The notes: generated by a model not told the origin, from the sequence alone. 64,000 nucleotides of DNA from Lentisphaeria bacterium (GCA_041690595.1 JAWLHB010000012.1:36785-100784), one strand, 5' to 3'; shown: positions 37,135 to 48,270, numbered from the stretch's first letter. Program-made: numbers and translations.

Positions 37135-38973
37135 ATGAGCAACAACCTCCGCAGCGCGGCCACCACCCAGGGACGGCGCATGGCCGGCGCCCGCAGTCTG
37201 TGGCGTGCCAACGGCATGAAGGAAGAGCACTTCGGACAGCCTGTCATCGCCATCGTCAACAGCTTCACCCAGTTCGTGCCCGGCCACGTCCACCTCCACC
37301 ACATCGGCCAGCACCTGAAGACGATCATCGAGAGCAAGGGTTGCTTCGCGGCTGAGTTCAACACGATCGCCATTGACGACGGCATCGCCATGGGGCATGA
37401 CGGCATGCTCTACTCACTGCCCTCCCGCGACCTCATTGCCGACAGTGTCGAGTACATGGTCAACGCCCACAAGGTGGACGCCATGATCTGCATCAGCAAC
37501 TGCGACAAGATCACCCCCGGCATGCTCATGGCCGCCATGCGGCTCAACATCCCCGCCATCTTCGTCTCCGGCGGCCCCATGGAAGCCGGCGATGTCGGCG
37601 ACGATCGCAAGTACGACCTCGTGGATGCCATGGTCATGGCGGCGGACGAATCCGTAAGCGACGAAAAGATGGCGCAGATCGAACAGGCTGCCTGCCCGAC
37701 CTGCGGCTCCTGCTCCGGCATGTTCACCGCCAACTCCATGAACTGCCTCAATGAAGCACTGGGTCTCGCCCTGCCCGGCAACGGCACCATCGTCGCTACC
37801 CACAAGAACCGGATGCGCCTCTTCGAGCGCGCCGCCGAACGTATCGTCGACATGGCCTATGCCGTCTATCGCGACGGCGATACCTCTCTGCTGCCCCGCT
37901 CCATCGCCACCCGCGAAGCCTTCCTCAACGCCATGTCCCTGGACATCGCCATGGGCGGCTCGACCAATACCGTCCTGCATCTCCTCGCCATCGCGCATGA
38001 AGCCGAGGTCGACTTCTCGGTGCAGGATATCGATCGCCTGTCGCGCCGGATTCCGGTCCTCTGCAAGGTGGCCCCCAGCTCCGCCTATCACGTCGAAGAC
38101 GTCGGCCGTGCCGGCGGCATCATGGCCATCCTCGCCCGGCTCAACGACGCCGGCCTCATCGACGGCAGCGTCAAGCGCGTCGAAGGGCAGACCCTGGCCG
38201 ACGTACTCGCCGAGTACGATGTCGATGGCAACCCGTCCGCAGCCGCCCTTCAAGTCTATCGGTCGGCTCCCGGCTACATCGGCCGCAATCTGGTCATGGG
38301 CTCACAGGAAGCCACGTACAAGGCGCTGGATCTCGATCGCGTCAACGGCTGCATCCGTTCAGCCGAGCACCCTTACAGCCCCGATGGCGGCCTGGCGATC
38401 CTCTTTGGCAACATCGCCCGCAACGGTTGCATCGTCAAGACTGCCGGTGTCGACGCCTCCATTCTGAACTTCACCGGCACGGCCGTGGTCTGCGAGTCGC
38501 AGGAAGATGCCTGCAACGCGATCCTCCACGGCAAGGTCAAGGAAGGTGACGTGCTGATCATCCGCTATGAAGGGCCACGCGGCGGCCCCGGCATGCAGGA
38601 AATGCTCTACCCGACCTCGTACCTCAAGTCGCGCAAGATCGACAAGCATTGCGCACTGGTTACCGACGGACGCTTTTCCGGGGGCACCTCAGGTCTTTCC
38701 ATTGGTCATGTCTCTCCCGAAGCGGCTGCCGGCGGCGAGATCGGCCTGGTGGAGAATGGCGATAAGATCGTCATCAGCATTCCGGAGCGCCGTATCGACG
38801 TGCAGGTCACCGAAGCCGAACTGGAGGCTCGCCGCCAGAAGCAGCAGGCTCGCGGTGTCAATGCCTATACGCCAATGGAACGGCGGCGCAAGATCTCACG
38901 CGCGCTGCAGACCTACGCACTGCTGGCCACCTCCGCCGACAAGGGCGCAGTCCGCGCACTTCCCACGTCCTGA
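37135..38973 (+). CDS. ilvD: Dihydroxy-acid dehydratase
   Basis: Near-canonical IlvD sequence throughout (…IAIVNSF…[12 protein letters not shown]…SGGPMEAG…TDGRFSGG…). Confidence 0.95.
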   Translation: MSNNLRSAATTQGRRMAGARSLWRANGMKEEHFGQPVIAIVNSFTQFVPGHVHLHHIGQHLKTIIESKGCFAAEFNTIAIDDGIAMGHDGMLYSLPSRDLIADSVEYMVNAHKVDAMICISNCDKITPGMLMAAMRLNIPAIFVSGGPMEAGDVGDDRKYDLVDAMVMAADESVSDEKMAQIEQAACPTCGSCSGMFTANSMNCLNEALGLALPGNGTIVATHKNRMRLFERAAERIVDMAYAVYRDGDTSLLPRSIATREAFLNAMSLDIAMGGSTNTVLHLLAIAHEAEVDFSVQDIDRLSRRIPVLCKVAPSSAYHVEDVGRAGGIMAILARLNDAGLIDGSVKRVEGQTLADVLAEYDVDGNPSAAALQVYRSAPGYIGRNLVMGSQEATYKALDLDRVNGCIRSAEHPYSPDGGLAILFGNIARNGCIVKTAGVDASILNFTGTAVVCESQEDACNAILHGKVKEGDVLIIRYEGPRGGPGMQEMLYPTSYLKSRKIDKHCALVTDGRFSGGTSGLSIGHVSPEAAAGGEIGLVENGDKIVISIPERRIDVQVTEAELEARRQKQQARGVNAYTPMERRRKISRALQTYALLATSADKGAVRALPTS

Positions 38974-39060
38974 ACCCAAGTGATCTTTGTGAAGTACTGC
39001 GTGTTGTCGTTGACGTAAGGTGCACGCCACTATACGTTAGCCGCCAACTGTTCTGGATCT

Positions 39061-39108
39061 GGCCTCCCGGCCACACCATCGCCCATGATGCGTGGCGACC
39101 GGGAGGCC
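39061..39108 (+). promoter_or_regulatory. Perfect 10-bp inverted repeat GGCCTCCCGG...CCGGGAGGCC enclosing the first ATG of the sensor-kinase ORF in its loop, followed by a T-rich run. Possible ilvD terminator and/or translational control element
   Basis: Read directly from the sequence. An inner imperfect pairing TCGCC/GGCGA extends the stem. Confidence 0.4.
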
Positions 39109-42100
39109 AGGGTTCTGGTTTACCCGAAGGCAGCAATTCCCGGCATGATTCCCAAGACGGCCCATCCACGCGCGCAGGATACCACCCTCAAGCTGGCCTT
39201 CATTGTCTTGGGATTGTCACTGTTGCCCAGCCTCTTTCTCAGCATGGGGCTGCTGGAGTTCAACCTCAAGCTGCCCGTGATCAGCGAAGTCTTCCGCGTC
39301 ACCGGCAGCGACTTCGCCCGCATGGAGATCGTCTATGAAGCGATGGCGACCAGCTTCGTCAGCACCCTGCTGACGTGGTCCACCTTCTGCATCGCCATCA
39401 TTACTGCCGCGCTGGCCATTCTCCACTTCTACATCGAACGGGATGCCGCCACCCCGATCATTGGCATTGCCTTCTTCTGCGTCGCCATCCTCGAGGCGAT
39501 CTTCACCATCTTCTCCGCTCAGCTCTTTCAGTACCAGGTCGGTCTTGAGCGGATGTTGCCGGCGTTGTGGACGAGCGGGCGGCTGCTGCATGCCGCCATC
39601 ATGATCGGCGGTGCCAGCTATGTACTCTGGCGCGGCACCAAACGCTTCGAAGGGCAAATCAGCGTGGTGCTGGTCGGCTGCGTCGTCTTTGCCTGCATCG
39701 CCGGTCTCGTCACGCAGACCGTCCTTCCCCATGCCGAATGGCTGCCCCAGATGATCTATCCCGATGAGGTGGTCAGCCGCCCCTTCGACCTCATCCCACT
39801 GGGCCTGTATGCCATGGCCGGTCTCCTTATCTATCCCCGCTTTCACCGCAAGGTCGGCAGCACCTTCTCCCTCGCCCTCATCCTCAGCGTCATTCCCGAC
39901 ATCGTCACCCAAATCCACATGGCCTTCGGCTCGCGAGTCCTCTTCGACGACCATTACATTGTGGCCGGCCTCCTCAAGAATTTCGCCTACATGATCCCCC
40001 TCGTGGGACTCATGTGGAACTACATGCACACCCATCGCAAGGTCCAGGACAACGTCGCCAAGCTGGAACGGGAGATGGAAGAGCGCTCCCGTGCCGAGGC
40101 CAACTGGGCCGAAAGCGAACGGCGCCTCCGCAACTTCCTCGACAACGCCAGAGATCTCATCCAGATCACCAGCGACGCCGGCGAATTTCGCTTCGTCAAT
40201 CGCGCCTGGCAGAAAGCCCTCGGCTATGACGATGATGCCCTGCGGAAGCTCCGTCTGGAGAGCATCGTCGTGCCTGGCGAACGCGACCTGATCCGCGACT
40301 ACTTCCACAAGGTCCTCCATTCCCGCGAGGACGAAGACGCCGGCGAGATCGTCGTCCACCTCCTCGCTCAGGATGGCACCGAGATTCTCGCCGAAGGGAC
40401 AGCCAATCCCCTTTATGATGAAGACCGCACCCCGGCCATCTATGCCAGCTTCCGGGATATCACCGAGCGCCACCGCGCCCTCGAAAGCCTGCGCACCACT
40501 CAGGGAGAACTCGACCGCTTCTTCTCGCTCTCCGTCGACATGCTTTGCATCGTCGACTGCGACGGCGTCCTCAAGCGCGTCAGCCCCGCCTGGACCGAAG
40601 TTCTGGGCTACCAGCAGCGCGAACTCGAGGAACGCCGATGCGTCGAACTCATTCATCCCGATGAACGGGCCGCCACCCTGCGGGCCTTCAGTCAGCTTCA
40701 GGAGGGCACCACCCGCGTCTCCTTCGAATGCCGCCTCATCGGCGCCGACGGCAAGGAGAAATGGTTCAATTGGGCGGCCTGCATGTACCCGGAGCGCAAG
40801 CTCATCTATGCCGCCGTCCGCGACGAAACAGAACGCAAGCGTTTCGAGGCGGAGCTGATCAACGCCAAGCTCGAGGCCGACGGCGCCAACCAGTCCAAGA
40901 GCGCCTTCCTCGCCAGCATGAGCCACGAAATCCGCACGCCACTCAATGCCATCCTCGGCATGGCCGACCTGCTCGGCGAAGCGGATCTCCCCGCCGACCA
41001 GCGCAAGTACGTCGACGTCCTCAAAGGCTCCGGCTCTTCGCTCCTCAACCTGATCAACGACATCCTCGACCTCTCCAAGGTCGAGGCAGGACAGCTCGAG
41101 ATCGAAGCCATCGAGTTCGAGCTGCACGAGCTCGTAGAAAATGTCGCCCAGTTGCTCAGCACACGCGCCGACGAGAAGGGCGTGCAGTTGCTGGTGCATA
41201 TCGAGCGCGAGCTGCCGCAGCGGGTGGTCGGCGATCCCGGTCGCCTCCGCCAGATCCTCATCAACCTCATCGGCAATGCCATCAAGTTCACCGAACGCGG
41301 CGAAGTCTGTATCAAGGCGGAACGGGGCAAGCGAGAGGGGGATACCATGCAACTGCTCTTCAGCGTCGCCGACACTGGCATCGGCATTCCCGCCGACCGC
41401 ATCGACCGCGTCTTCGAGAGCTTTACCCAGGCAGACAGTTCTGTCGCCCGCAAGTATGGCGGCACCGGGCTTGGCCTCGCCATCAGCAAGCGCCTGGTTG
41501 CCATGATGGGGGGCACCATCAACGCGGAAAGCACGGTCGGCGAGGGCACCACCTTCCACTTCTCCGTCCAGATTGGTCTACCCGACTTGGAGAGTCATCC
41601 CTCCACCATCAAGATGATCATGCCCCCACCCGTCATTCGCGGCACCCGCGCCATGATCATCGACGACAACCTGACCAGCCTGAAGATCCTGGAGAGCCTC
41701 CTCTCTGAACTCAAGCTCGACGTCTCGCTGGCGGAAGACGTGGAATCGGCCATGCAGACAATGGAGGCAGCGCAACAGGCGCAAAAACCCTACAAGTACG
41801 TCCTGATCGACTCGGGCGGTGTCAACCTTCATGGCCTGGGCGCGGTCGGCCGCGTGCGCAATGCTCAGCTGGCCGAGATCGTTATGGTGATGGTATCGTC
41901 TCATCGGGCGCATGAGGTCAAGGCTGCCCTGCGGCGTCATCCGGGCATCATCTACCTCATCAAACCGATACACCGCGGCGAGTTGTATCGCGCCTTCGCC
42001 ACTCGCATGGAGCGCCCAAAACGCCTCACCTCACCTTCGAGCATCCCTCACGCGCAGCCCCCTCCCCCGCCCGCCGCGAAGGAGACCAAACCCTCCATGC

Positions 42101-42498
42101 GCATCATGCTTGCCGAAGACACCGAAGACAACCGCGTCCTCTTCACCATCTACCTCAAGTCCACGCCACACACCGTCGACATCGCCAGAAACGGCTGTGA
42201 AGCAGTCGACCTCTTCCGTCAGAATCACTATGACCTGATTCTGATGGACATCGAGATGCCCGAGATGAACGGCTATGATGCCACCGCCGAGATCCGCCGC
42301 ATCGAAGAGGAGCGCCTGGCCGGGGAACCGGACCGCGAGCCTGTGCCCATCATCGCCTTGACTGCCCATGCGATGAATGCCGACAAAGAGAAATGTCTCG
42401 CCTCCGGCTTCGACCTCTTCCTTACCAAGCCCATCCGCAAGAGCGCCCTGCTCGAGACGATCAACGACTATCAGCCGGATGCCGCCCCACCCTCGTGA
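39085..42498 (+). CDS. Hybrid sensor histidine kinase/response regulator: multi-TM N-terminal sensor, two PAS-like regions, HisKA, HATPase_c, a degenerate receiver and a canonical C-terminal receiver
   Basis: ASMSHEIRTPLNAILGMADLL (H-box), GTGLGLAISKRLV (G2), C-terminal MRIMLAEDTEDNRVL...DLILMDIEMPEMNGY receiver. Start uncertain: 39085 lies inside a hairpin and 39145 is an alternative. Confidence 0.85.
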   Translation: MMRGDREARVLVYPKAAIPGMIPKTAHPRAQDTTLKLAFIVLGLSLLPSLFLSMGLLEFNLKLPVISEVFRVTGSDFARMEIVYEAMATSFVSTLLTWSTFCIAIITAALAILHFYIERDAATPIIGIAFFCVAILEAIFTIFSAQLFQYQVGLERMLPALWTSGRLLHAAIMIGGASYVLWRGTKRFEGQISVVLVGCVVFACIAGLVTQTVLPHAEWLPQMIYPDEVVSRPFDLIPLGLYAMAGLLIYPRFHRKVGSTFSLALILSVIPDIVTQIHMAFGSRVLFDDHYIVAGLLKNFAYMIPLVGLMWNYMHTHRKVQDNVAKLEREMEERSRAEANWAESERRLRNFLDNARDLIQITSDAGEFRFVNRAWQKALGYDDDALRKLRLESIVVPGERDLIRDYFHKVLHSREDEDAGEIVVHLLAQDGTEILAEGTANPLYDEDRTPAIYASFRDITERHRALESLRTTQGELDRFFSLSVDMLCIVDCDGVLKRVSPAWTEVLGYQQRELEERRCVELIHPDERAATLRAFSQLQEGTTRVSFECRLIGADGKEKWFNWAACMYPERKLIYAAVRDETERKRFEAELINAKLEADGANQSKSAFLASMSHEIRTPLNAILGMADLLGEADLPADQRKYVDVLKGSGSSLLNLINDILDLSKVEAGQLEIEAIEFELHELVENVAQLLSTRADEKGVQLLVHIERELPQRVVGDPGRLRQILINLIGNAIKFTERGEVCIKAERGKREGDTMQLLFSVADTGIGIPADRIDRVFESFTQADSSVARKYGGTGLGLAISKRLVAMMGGTINAESTVGEGTTFHFSVQIGLPDLESHPSTIKMIMPPPVIRGTRAMIIDDNLTSLKILESLLSELKLDVSLAEDVESAMQTMEAAQQAQKPYKYVLIDSGGVNLHGLGAVGRVRNAQLAEIVMVMVSSHRAHEVKAALRRHPGIIYLIKPIHRGELYRAFATRMERPKRLTSPSSIPHAQPPPPPAAKETKPSMRIMLAEDTEDNRVLFTIYLKSTPHTVDIARNGCEAVDLFRQNHYDLILMDIEMPEMNGYDATAEIRRIEEERLAGEPDREPVPIIALTAHAMNADKEKCLASGFDLFLTKPIRKSALLETINDYQPDAAPPS

Positions 42499-42511
42499 TC
42501 CGTCAGCCCCG

Positions 42512-43213
42512 TTACAGGCGCGGCTTGTCCTGCGTATTCAGCCGCTTCATGCCCCCCACCCGCTCTGCCTCTTCGATCATCTCGCCCGCCTCCAGCGTCA
42601 AATCATGCCGCGGCCAGCGCTTGATAAACTCATCCAGATACTTGATCGTCAGTTCCACATCCTTGGTATCGAAGTAGACTTTGCCAAGGTAGAAGTAGGA
42701 TAACGCCTGTTCCTCCTCCGGAAGCTGATCGAGAGAGTTCTCCAGCAGTGAAATAGCCTCCTCGGGCCGCCGATAGACGATATGGATGCGCGCCGCCAGG
42801 ATCACCATTTTCGGCGCATACTTCTGATCCAGCAAGATGCCGGTGTAGGTGTTCTCAACCGCCATGATCATCAACTGCGGCAGATACGCAGCGGCGACAC
42901 CCGCCAAAAGAATGCCGAAGAGCAGGAGTCGCTTGATCAAGCGCTTGACCCGCAGCTGCATGTCATAGCGGCTGCGTTCACGCTTGCGCCGCCCCCGCGC
43001 CGTGGCGATACCCTCGTCCTCCACCATCGTCATTTCGGCCAAGTCGGGCTCCGCCGTCATCGGCATCGGCGCCGTGCGGGAGGCGCAGCTTTTGCACATG
43101 TACTTGCTGCCGCGATAGGTCATGCACCTCTCGCAGTAAGCCGCTCCGCACTTCGGGCACACCCCCACCGCCGGATACTGCTTGTGATTCAGACAACTGG
43201 TTAACGACGGCAT
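42512..43213 (-). CDS. Zinc-ribbon membrane protein with TPR-like C-terminal region (hypothetical)
   Basis: CPKCGAAYCERC...CKSC zinc ribbon, one TM helix (LLLFGILLAGVAAAYL). Confidence 0.6.
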   Translation of the reverse strand: MPSLTSCLNHKQYPAVGVCPKCGAAYCERCMTYRGSKYMCKSCASRTAPMPMTAEPDLAEMTMVEDEGIATARGRRKRERSRYDMQLRVKRLIKRLLLFGILLAGVAAAYLPQLMIMAVENTYTGILLDQKYAPKMVILAARIHIVYRRPEEAISLLENSLDQLPEEEQALSYFYLGKVYFDTKDVELTIKYLDEFIKRWPRHDLTLEAGEMIEEAERVGGMKRLNTQDKPRL

Positions 43214-43459
43214 ACGCGATCACACTTCCCTGCAGGACGACTGCACCTGTTGGGCCGGCGCCTCCGGCTGATACCTCGACGACGCCTAACCATAGCCGCT
43301 GCCATCCCGCTCTGCAAGAAGAGACCAAGCATTCGAATCTTTCGCCAGCGCCCACCACCGGTCACCTCTTTTTCGGCCGCAGGCTGACAAGGCGACCCGC
43401 CGCGGTTACTGTTATTCCCTCCTCCACTTTCTTATCGCTATTCAGCTACAGGAACCGCC

Positions 43460-45445
43460 ATGACAGCATCCGATCTCTCGACAAAGAAGTTAGCCATGTA
43501 TGAGGCCTCCGCCCGCCTCGACCTCCTCACCCCGCCCCGACCCGCCACCGATGACGAGCTTGCCCAGGCCGCCGAGATCCGCGATGGCAGCATCCGCTTC
43601 AATGCCAATCAACCCGCCGATGTTCCCAAGACCCTCCTCCTCGTCGGCAGGAAAATGATCGATTGGAGCGGCGGCCATCTCCATCACCAGGAATGGCCAA
43701 CCCAGTTGAGTCGCTTCTTCATGCTCGGCCCCCTCATGAAAGCCTACCGGGCAACCGGCGACGCCGCCTTCGCCGAAGCCGCCCACGATTACATCGATGA
43801 CTGGATCGACAGCTTCGACGCAGAAGACATCGGCCTCCGGGGCAACACCTGCATGGATATCGGCATCCGTCTCGGTACCCACGGCGGTGGCGGCTGGGCG
43901 CCGGCCCTTGCCCTCTTCATGGATATTTGGAGCGATGCCTTCATTGACAAGGTTCTCCGCTCCATCGAGCAACAGGCACAAATCCTCTGGAAGCGCGGCA
44001 TTCCCTCCAGACCATGGGGAAACCATCGCATCTTCGGTTTGGACGGCCTCCTTCACGTCTGCCTCCGCCTGCCTTTCCTGCCTGACGCCGACCAGATGCT
44101 GGAGTGCGCCCGAAACGGACTCCAGCACGCCGCCAAAAGCCAGTTCCTCGAAGATGGCGCGCACATCGAAGCCACTCTCGGCTATCATCAGCACATGGCG
44201 CAGACCTTCATCTACATGCACCGGCTCGGCCAGGCCTTTCCTGAGCTGGGCATCAACCTGCCGACCGACCGCCTCCTCAAAGCCGCCGAGTATTACCTGC
44301 ATACCCAGCCCACCGGTATCAACGATACCTCTGCCTCCTGGCAGGATCGCGCCTGCCCCGACGCCTGGGCAACCGCGCGCGCCTGGCGGGAAGCGCTCAC
44401 CGGGGTGGCCGATCCCACGTGGCAGCCTGCCCGCGATGCCCACTTCGCCAGCGTCGGCCAGTGCTTTGCCCGCTCCTCATGGGAGCCCGGTGCCGACTTC
44501 CTCGCCTTCGATGCCGGCCCCTATTCCGGTGCACACGCGCATCTTGCCAGGCTGGGCCTGGTCTTCCGTTCCGGCGGCCGCCTCTGGATTGCCGATCCCG
44601 GCACCTTCGACTACGAAATGTCCAATCCATATGCCATCTACGGCCGCTCCACCCCCGCCCACTCCACCCTCAACCTCAATGGATTGAATCAGGGGCTCGG
44701 CGATGCGCGGATGCCCCAGGCCGTCATCCGTGACGACCTCGTCTTCCTGCACGGGATCTATCCCGGCGGCTACTGGAGCGGCGAGTATTCCTGGGGCTTC
44801 CAGCAGGGGCTGGGCACCGGCATCCATGGGCGCCATGAGCGTCTGGTCCTCTGGATCCGCGACGACTATCTGCTTGTCTTCGATGCCCTCATGGGCGATC
44901 GCGGCAGTACCGTCGAGAATGTCTGGCAGATGGCGCCAGTCAAGGGCTGGACGCACGATCCCGAGACCCTCTCCTGGCAATCGCGCGGCGAACCCGTCAA
45001 TTTCCACCTGCAGATGCTTCTTCCTCCCGGCGATGTACGGATGCAGATTCACCAAGGCGAGCAGGATCCCCTGCGCGGCTGGTTCTGCGAAGCCTACTCC
45101 AAGGGCTTTATCCCCGCGCCTCAGATCGTCTTCCGCTACGACACCGACTCCACCTTCCATGCCACCTTGGCCATGCCCCTCAGCGAAGGACGCCAACCGC
45201 CAGTCGTGCGAAGCTCCGCCGCCGCCGGCGACCGCGAGTTGGAGCTTGCCTGGCCGGATGGCAGCGTCGACTGGATCGGCATCTCCCAGAGCCTCTGCGT
45301 ACCTCTGGGCGAAGATGGACCCGCCGTCACCGACAGCCCCCTCGTCTGGATCCGCCTCGATCCCGAAGGCACCCCCCGCCGCCACTTCATGATGAATGGC
45401 ACCTACCTGCGTTTCCGCGGCCAGACCCTCGTCAGCGCCACCTGA
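43460..45445 (+). CDS. Heparinase II/III-like polysaccharide lyase family protein
   Basis: FDAGPYSGAHAHLARLGLVFRSGGRLWIADPGTFDY matches the Hepar_II_III GHAHxD...DPGTxxY core. AGGAA lies 8 nt upstream of the ATG. Confidence 0.65.
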   Translation: MTASDLSTKKLAMYEASARLDLLTPPRPATDDELAQAAEIRDGSIRFNANQPADVPKTLLLVGRKMIDWSGGHLHHQEWPTQLSRFFMLGPLMKAYRATGDAAFAEAAHDYIDDWIDSFDAEDIGLRGNTCMDIGIRLGTHGGGGWAPALALFMDIWSDAFIDKVLRSIEQQAQILWKRGIPSRPWGNHRIFGLDGLLHVCLRLPFLPDADQMLECARNGLQHAAKSQFLEDGAHIEATLGYHQHMAQTFIYMHRLGQAFPELGINLPTDRLLKAAEYYLHTQPTGINDTSASWQDRACPDAWATARAWREALTGVADPTWQPARDAHFASVGQCFARSSWEPGADFLAFDAGPYSGAHAHLARLGLVFRSGGRLWIADPGTFDYEMSNPYAIYGRSTPAHSTLNLNGLNQGLGDARMPQAVIRDDLVFLHGIYPGGYWSGEYSWGFQQGLGTGIHGRHERLVLWIRDDYLLVFDALMGDRGSTVENVWQMAPVKGWTHDPETLSWQSRGEPVNFHLQMLLPPGDVRMQIHQGEQDPLRGWFCEAYSKGFIPAPQIVFRYDTDSTFHATLAMPLSEGRQPPVVRSSAAAGDRELELAWPDGSVDWIGISQSLCVPLGEDGPAVTDSPLVWIRLDPEGTPRRHFMMNGTYLRFRGQTLVSAT

Positions 45446-45510
45446 AAGCGAAAGGCCCCCGCCGCTTCATTGATGCGACGGGGGCCGATCGGCCAGATTA
45501 AGAGCCTCGA

Positions 45511-46779
45511 TCAGAACTTGTAGATCGCGTCCATCTGGTAGAGGTTCGCCTCATTCTCCCCCTCGATTTGCTCGAGAAGCATGGCCGTGGCACCTAGTGA
45601 GAAGTTCTTGGTGAGCTTGTAGCTGGCGCTCAACTTGTGGCCTTCCACATTCGTGTTGTAGAGCCCGGCGGTATCGCCGAAGTCGGAATCCTTGAGGAAA
45701 GGCGGCGCCGAATCGGCCTCCACATAGCCGTAGGCATAGCCCAGGCTCCAACTGCCGACCTTTGCGCCGATGCCGGCCGTCCAACCCAGATCCTCATCTT
45801 CAGGCGTCAACCCTGACACATTGCTGGCAGTGCCGTCCGCGCCAAAGTTGCTCCAGACGTCGCCGAAGAGCGACAGGGTCGCCTTGTCCAGCTTCAGCGA
45901 AAGCTCCCCGTACAGGTCGCCGATATGGTAGTCATACTCCGAACTGAACGGCGTGAGCAGCTCGCTGGTCTGCGCATCATAGTAGTAGTATGCCGCCGCA
46001 ACCTTCGCCTTCATACCCTTGCCAAGATCGCCACCCCAGCCGAGCTGCGCTGCCACCAGCGATGCATTGTCGCCGTTGCTGTCGCCGTTATCGCTGGCAT
46101 AGAGCACCTTGTATGCGCCCATCGTGGCAAAGAACCCGGCCATGTCACCAGTCACCGTTGCGCCAGCGGGCCGGACATCGCCGTCCCAAAGCAGAAATGA
46201 CGAGACAAAGGGGTTCGACTGCTGGCCCAGGATCACCGCCACCTTGCCGTCATCACCCTTCCACGTGTGCTTCGCATAGGCATAGTCGATCCGCAGGTCG
46301 CCGGTATCGAAGGGGCCACTGTCCGACCAAGTGTCGTTTGTACTCGTCGCGTCCGATCCGCCCGACGCCACCCCGACCCCGATCTCCCAGCCTTCCTCGG
46401 CGGCCCAAACGCCCCCAAGCCGGAGCCGGGTACGGAAGCGATCGCGAGTCGTCTCCGTGCTCTTGTCCACATCCCGTGCCTCATACCGCAGGCGAAGATC
46501 GCCCTTGATCTTCAGATTCGAGATGTGATCGCTCAGCTTGATGCCCCCGCCACTGCTACGCTGCGAAGGATCCACCGCCCGATCCACTTCCTCGCGGATC
46601 TGTCGCGAAAGCTGACCCTGATTCTCATTGAGCTGTCGACGCATGCTCTGGATCTCCGACTGCTGCTGCCGGATCTCCTGTTGCATCTGCTCGATCTTCT
46701 TCAGGATCTCATCATTCTCAATCGCCCACAACGAGGCGCTCAGCGCCAAGGTCACAGTCAGTACAAAAAATCTCTTCAT
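45511..46779 (-). CDS. Outer-membrane beta-barrel porin-like protein with N-terminal Gln-rich coiled coil
   Basis: Signal peptide MKRFFVLTVTLALSASLWA, alternating amphipathic beta-strand pattern, C-terminal aromatic residue (…IYKF). Confidence 0.6.
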   Translation of the reverse strand: MKRFFVLTVTLALSASLWAIENDEILKKIEQMQQEIRQQQSEIQSMRRQLNENQGQLSRQIREEVDRAVDPSQRSSGGGIKLSDHISNLKIKGDLRLRYEARDVDKSTETTRDRFRTRLRLGGVWAAEEGWEIGVGVASGGSDATSTNDTWSDSGPFDTGDLRIDYAYAKHTWKGDDGKVAVILGQQSNPFVSSFLLWDGDVRPAGATVTGDMAGFFATMGAYKVLYASDNGDSNGDNASLVAAQLGWGGDLGKGMKAKVAAAYYYYDAQTSELLTPFSSEYDYHIGDLYGELSLKLDKATLSLFGDVWSNFGADGTASNVSGLTPEDEDLGWTAGIGAKVGSWSLGYAYGYVEADSAPPFLKDSDFGDTAGLYNTNVEGHKLSASYKLTKNFSLGATAMLLEQIEGENEANLYQMDAIYKF

Positions 46780-47214
46780 GATTTTCCCTCACTCCTTAAG
46801 GTATTACCGAGATGATCTTCACAACACCCTCGCCTCTCAACTGGGGTTTGACGAGCCCCCGCACGTTCCACACCAGCCTCCCTTGGTTTCGCGTTCCACT
46901 GCATCTGGTTCAGCAAACGAGTATACCCTAAGGCTCTCTCAGCACTCCCGCTCGGCGCTACGGTTAAGACCCCGTAAAGATCCCGCTAATCCCCCATTTG
47001 CCCCTCACCCAGCATTGCTCCAACGGAAGGAGGAGGACACTCGACAACCGCAACAGGCACTCAAACATCCTGTACATTTCGATGTTCTTCAAGCGTCAAC
47101 GGACAGGACACCCACTTTGATCCCCTGAGCGTGAGAAATTGGGTGCTCTGCTGGTTTCTTCTGGAACGCAACCTATACTAAACGTCGTTGAAGCATCCAC
47201 ACTATAACGAGAGC

Positions 47215-48270
47215 ATGAACATGGCAATTGGTCATCTGGAGGCCAGACTATTCACCGTTTTCTCGAAGATCGACTTGGACTTCTCTCCCGGTATCAACGT
47301 CATCATCGGAGAGAATAGCACGGGCAAATCACACCTGATGAAATTGCTTTACGCCGTGAGCCAAGTGCTCTTCACCTCCGAGAAAGAAGGTGAGCGCAAG
47401 CTGCTTGAAGCCGAACTCCACAAGAAACTGGTGAACACGTTTAAGCCGGATGAGGGAAAGCTGGGGCGGCTTGTGCAACGTAGCCGTGGTCGAGCCACAG
47501 CGAGAATGAATATCAGGTTCGGCACTGGTGGTTTCAGCTTTCGATACACCACGCTCTCCAATCTTGCCATTGAGCAGGTCGGTGCAAGACAAGAGGATAA
47601 TCCTATCTTCATACCCTCTCGGGAGGTCCTTGCCATCTACCCCGGCTTTGTGCAAGCCTACGAGAATCGGGAACTGGCATTCGATGAAACGTACCGGGAC
47701 ATATGCGTCGCGTTGAGCGGCTCCCTTACGCGAGGCCCACGGCAAGAGAAGATCCAGGACCTCGTATCGCCACTTGAAAAGCGTCTCGGTGGTAAGGTCG
47801 TACTGGACAACGATCGCTTCTTCGTCAAGGCCAGAGATGGTAATATCGAGGCACACTTGCTCGCGGAAGGTCTTCGCAAGCTCGCCAGTATAGTCTTCCT
47901 CATCAACAATGGCTCGCTCACCGAGCGCAGTATTCTTTTCTGGGACGAACCGGAAGCCAATTTGAATCCCACCCTCGTCAAGCTGCTCTGCGATGTCCTG
48001 CGCCAGCTTGCCAATAGCGGCATGCAAATTTTCCTCGCTAGCCACGATTACCTGCTCACTCAGGAGCTGGCCTTGGCATCCGAGTACAAGACAGAGCCCC
48101 ATGTGCCAATCCGCTTCTTTGCCCATAGCCGCAACGCAGAGGGCCACGTTGACATAGAACAAGCCGATGATCTCGCCGAGTTACGTAACAACGCCATTCT
48201 GGAGGAGTTCGCCGCACACTACGACCGGGAAGCCATGCTCTTTGCAGAACGTGCGGAGGTCCAGAGATGA
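47215..48270 (+). CDS. AAA_21/ABC-type (SMC/RecF-like) ATPase of the kind found in abortive-infection/defence modules
   Basis: Walker A GENSTGKS, signature-like LAEGLRKL, Walker B SILFWDEPEANLNP, H-loop IFLASHD. The track ORF starts at TTG 47188. ATG 47215 or 47221 is more likely. Visibly lower G+C than the flanks. Confidence 0.7.
   Translation: MNMAIGHLEARLFTVFSKIDLDFSPGINVIIGENSTGKSHLMKLLYAVSQVLFTSEKEGERKLLEAELHKKLVNTFKPDEGKLGRLVQRSRGRATARMNIRFGTGGFSFRYTTLSNLAIEQVGARQEDNPIFIPSREVLAIYPGFVQAYENRELAFDETYRDICVALSGSLTRGPRQEKIQDLVSPLEKRLGGKVVLDNDRFFVKARDGNIEAHLLAEGLRKLASIVFLINNGSLTERSILFWDEPEANLNPTLVKLLCDVLRQLANSGMQIFLASHDYLLTQELALASEYKTEPHVPIRFFAHSRNAEGHVDIEQADDLAELRNNAILEEFAAHYDREAMLFAERAEVQR

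Noticed and set aside
39217-41559. 780-aa minus-strand ORF
   Set aside because: It is antisense to the hybrid histidine kinase, whose H-box, G-box and receiver motifs are unambiguous on the + strand.
47188-47214. TTG start at 47188 for the ATPase
   Set aside because: Two in-frame ATGs (47215, 47221) lie immediately downstream, and ABC-type ATPases normally begin just before the first beta-strand (MAIGHLEARLF...).
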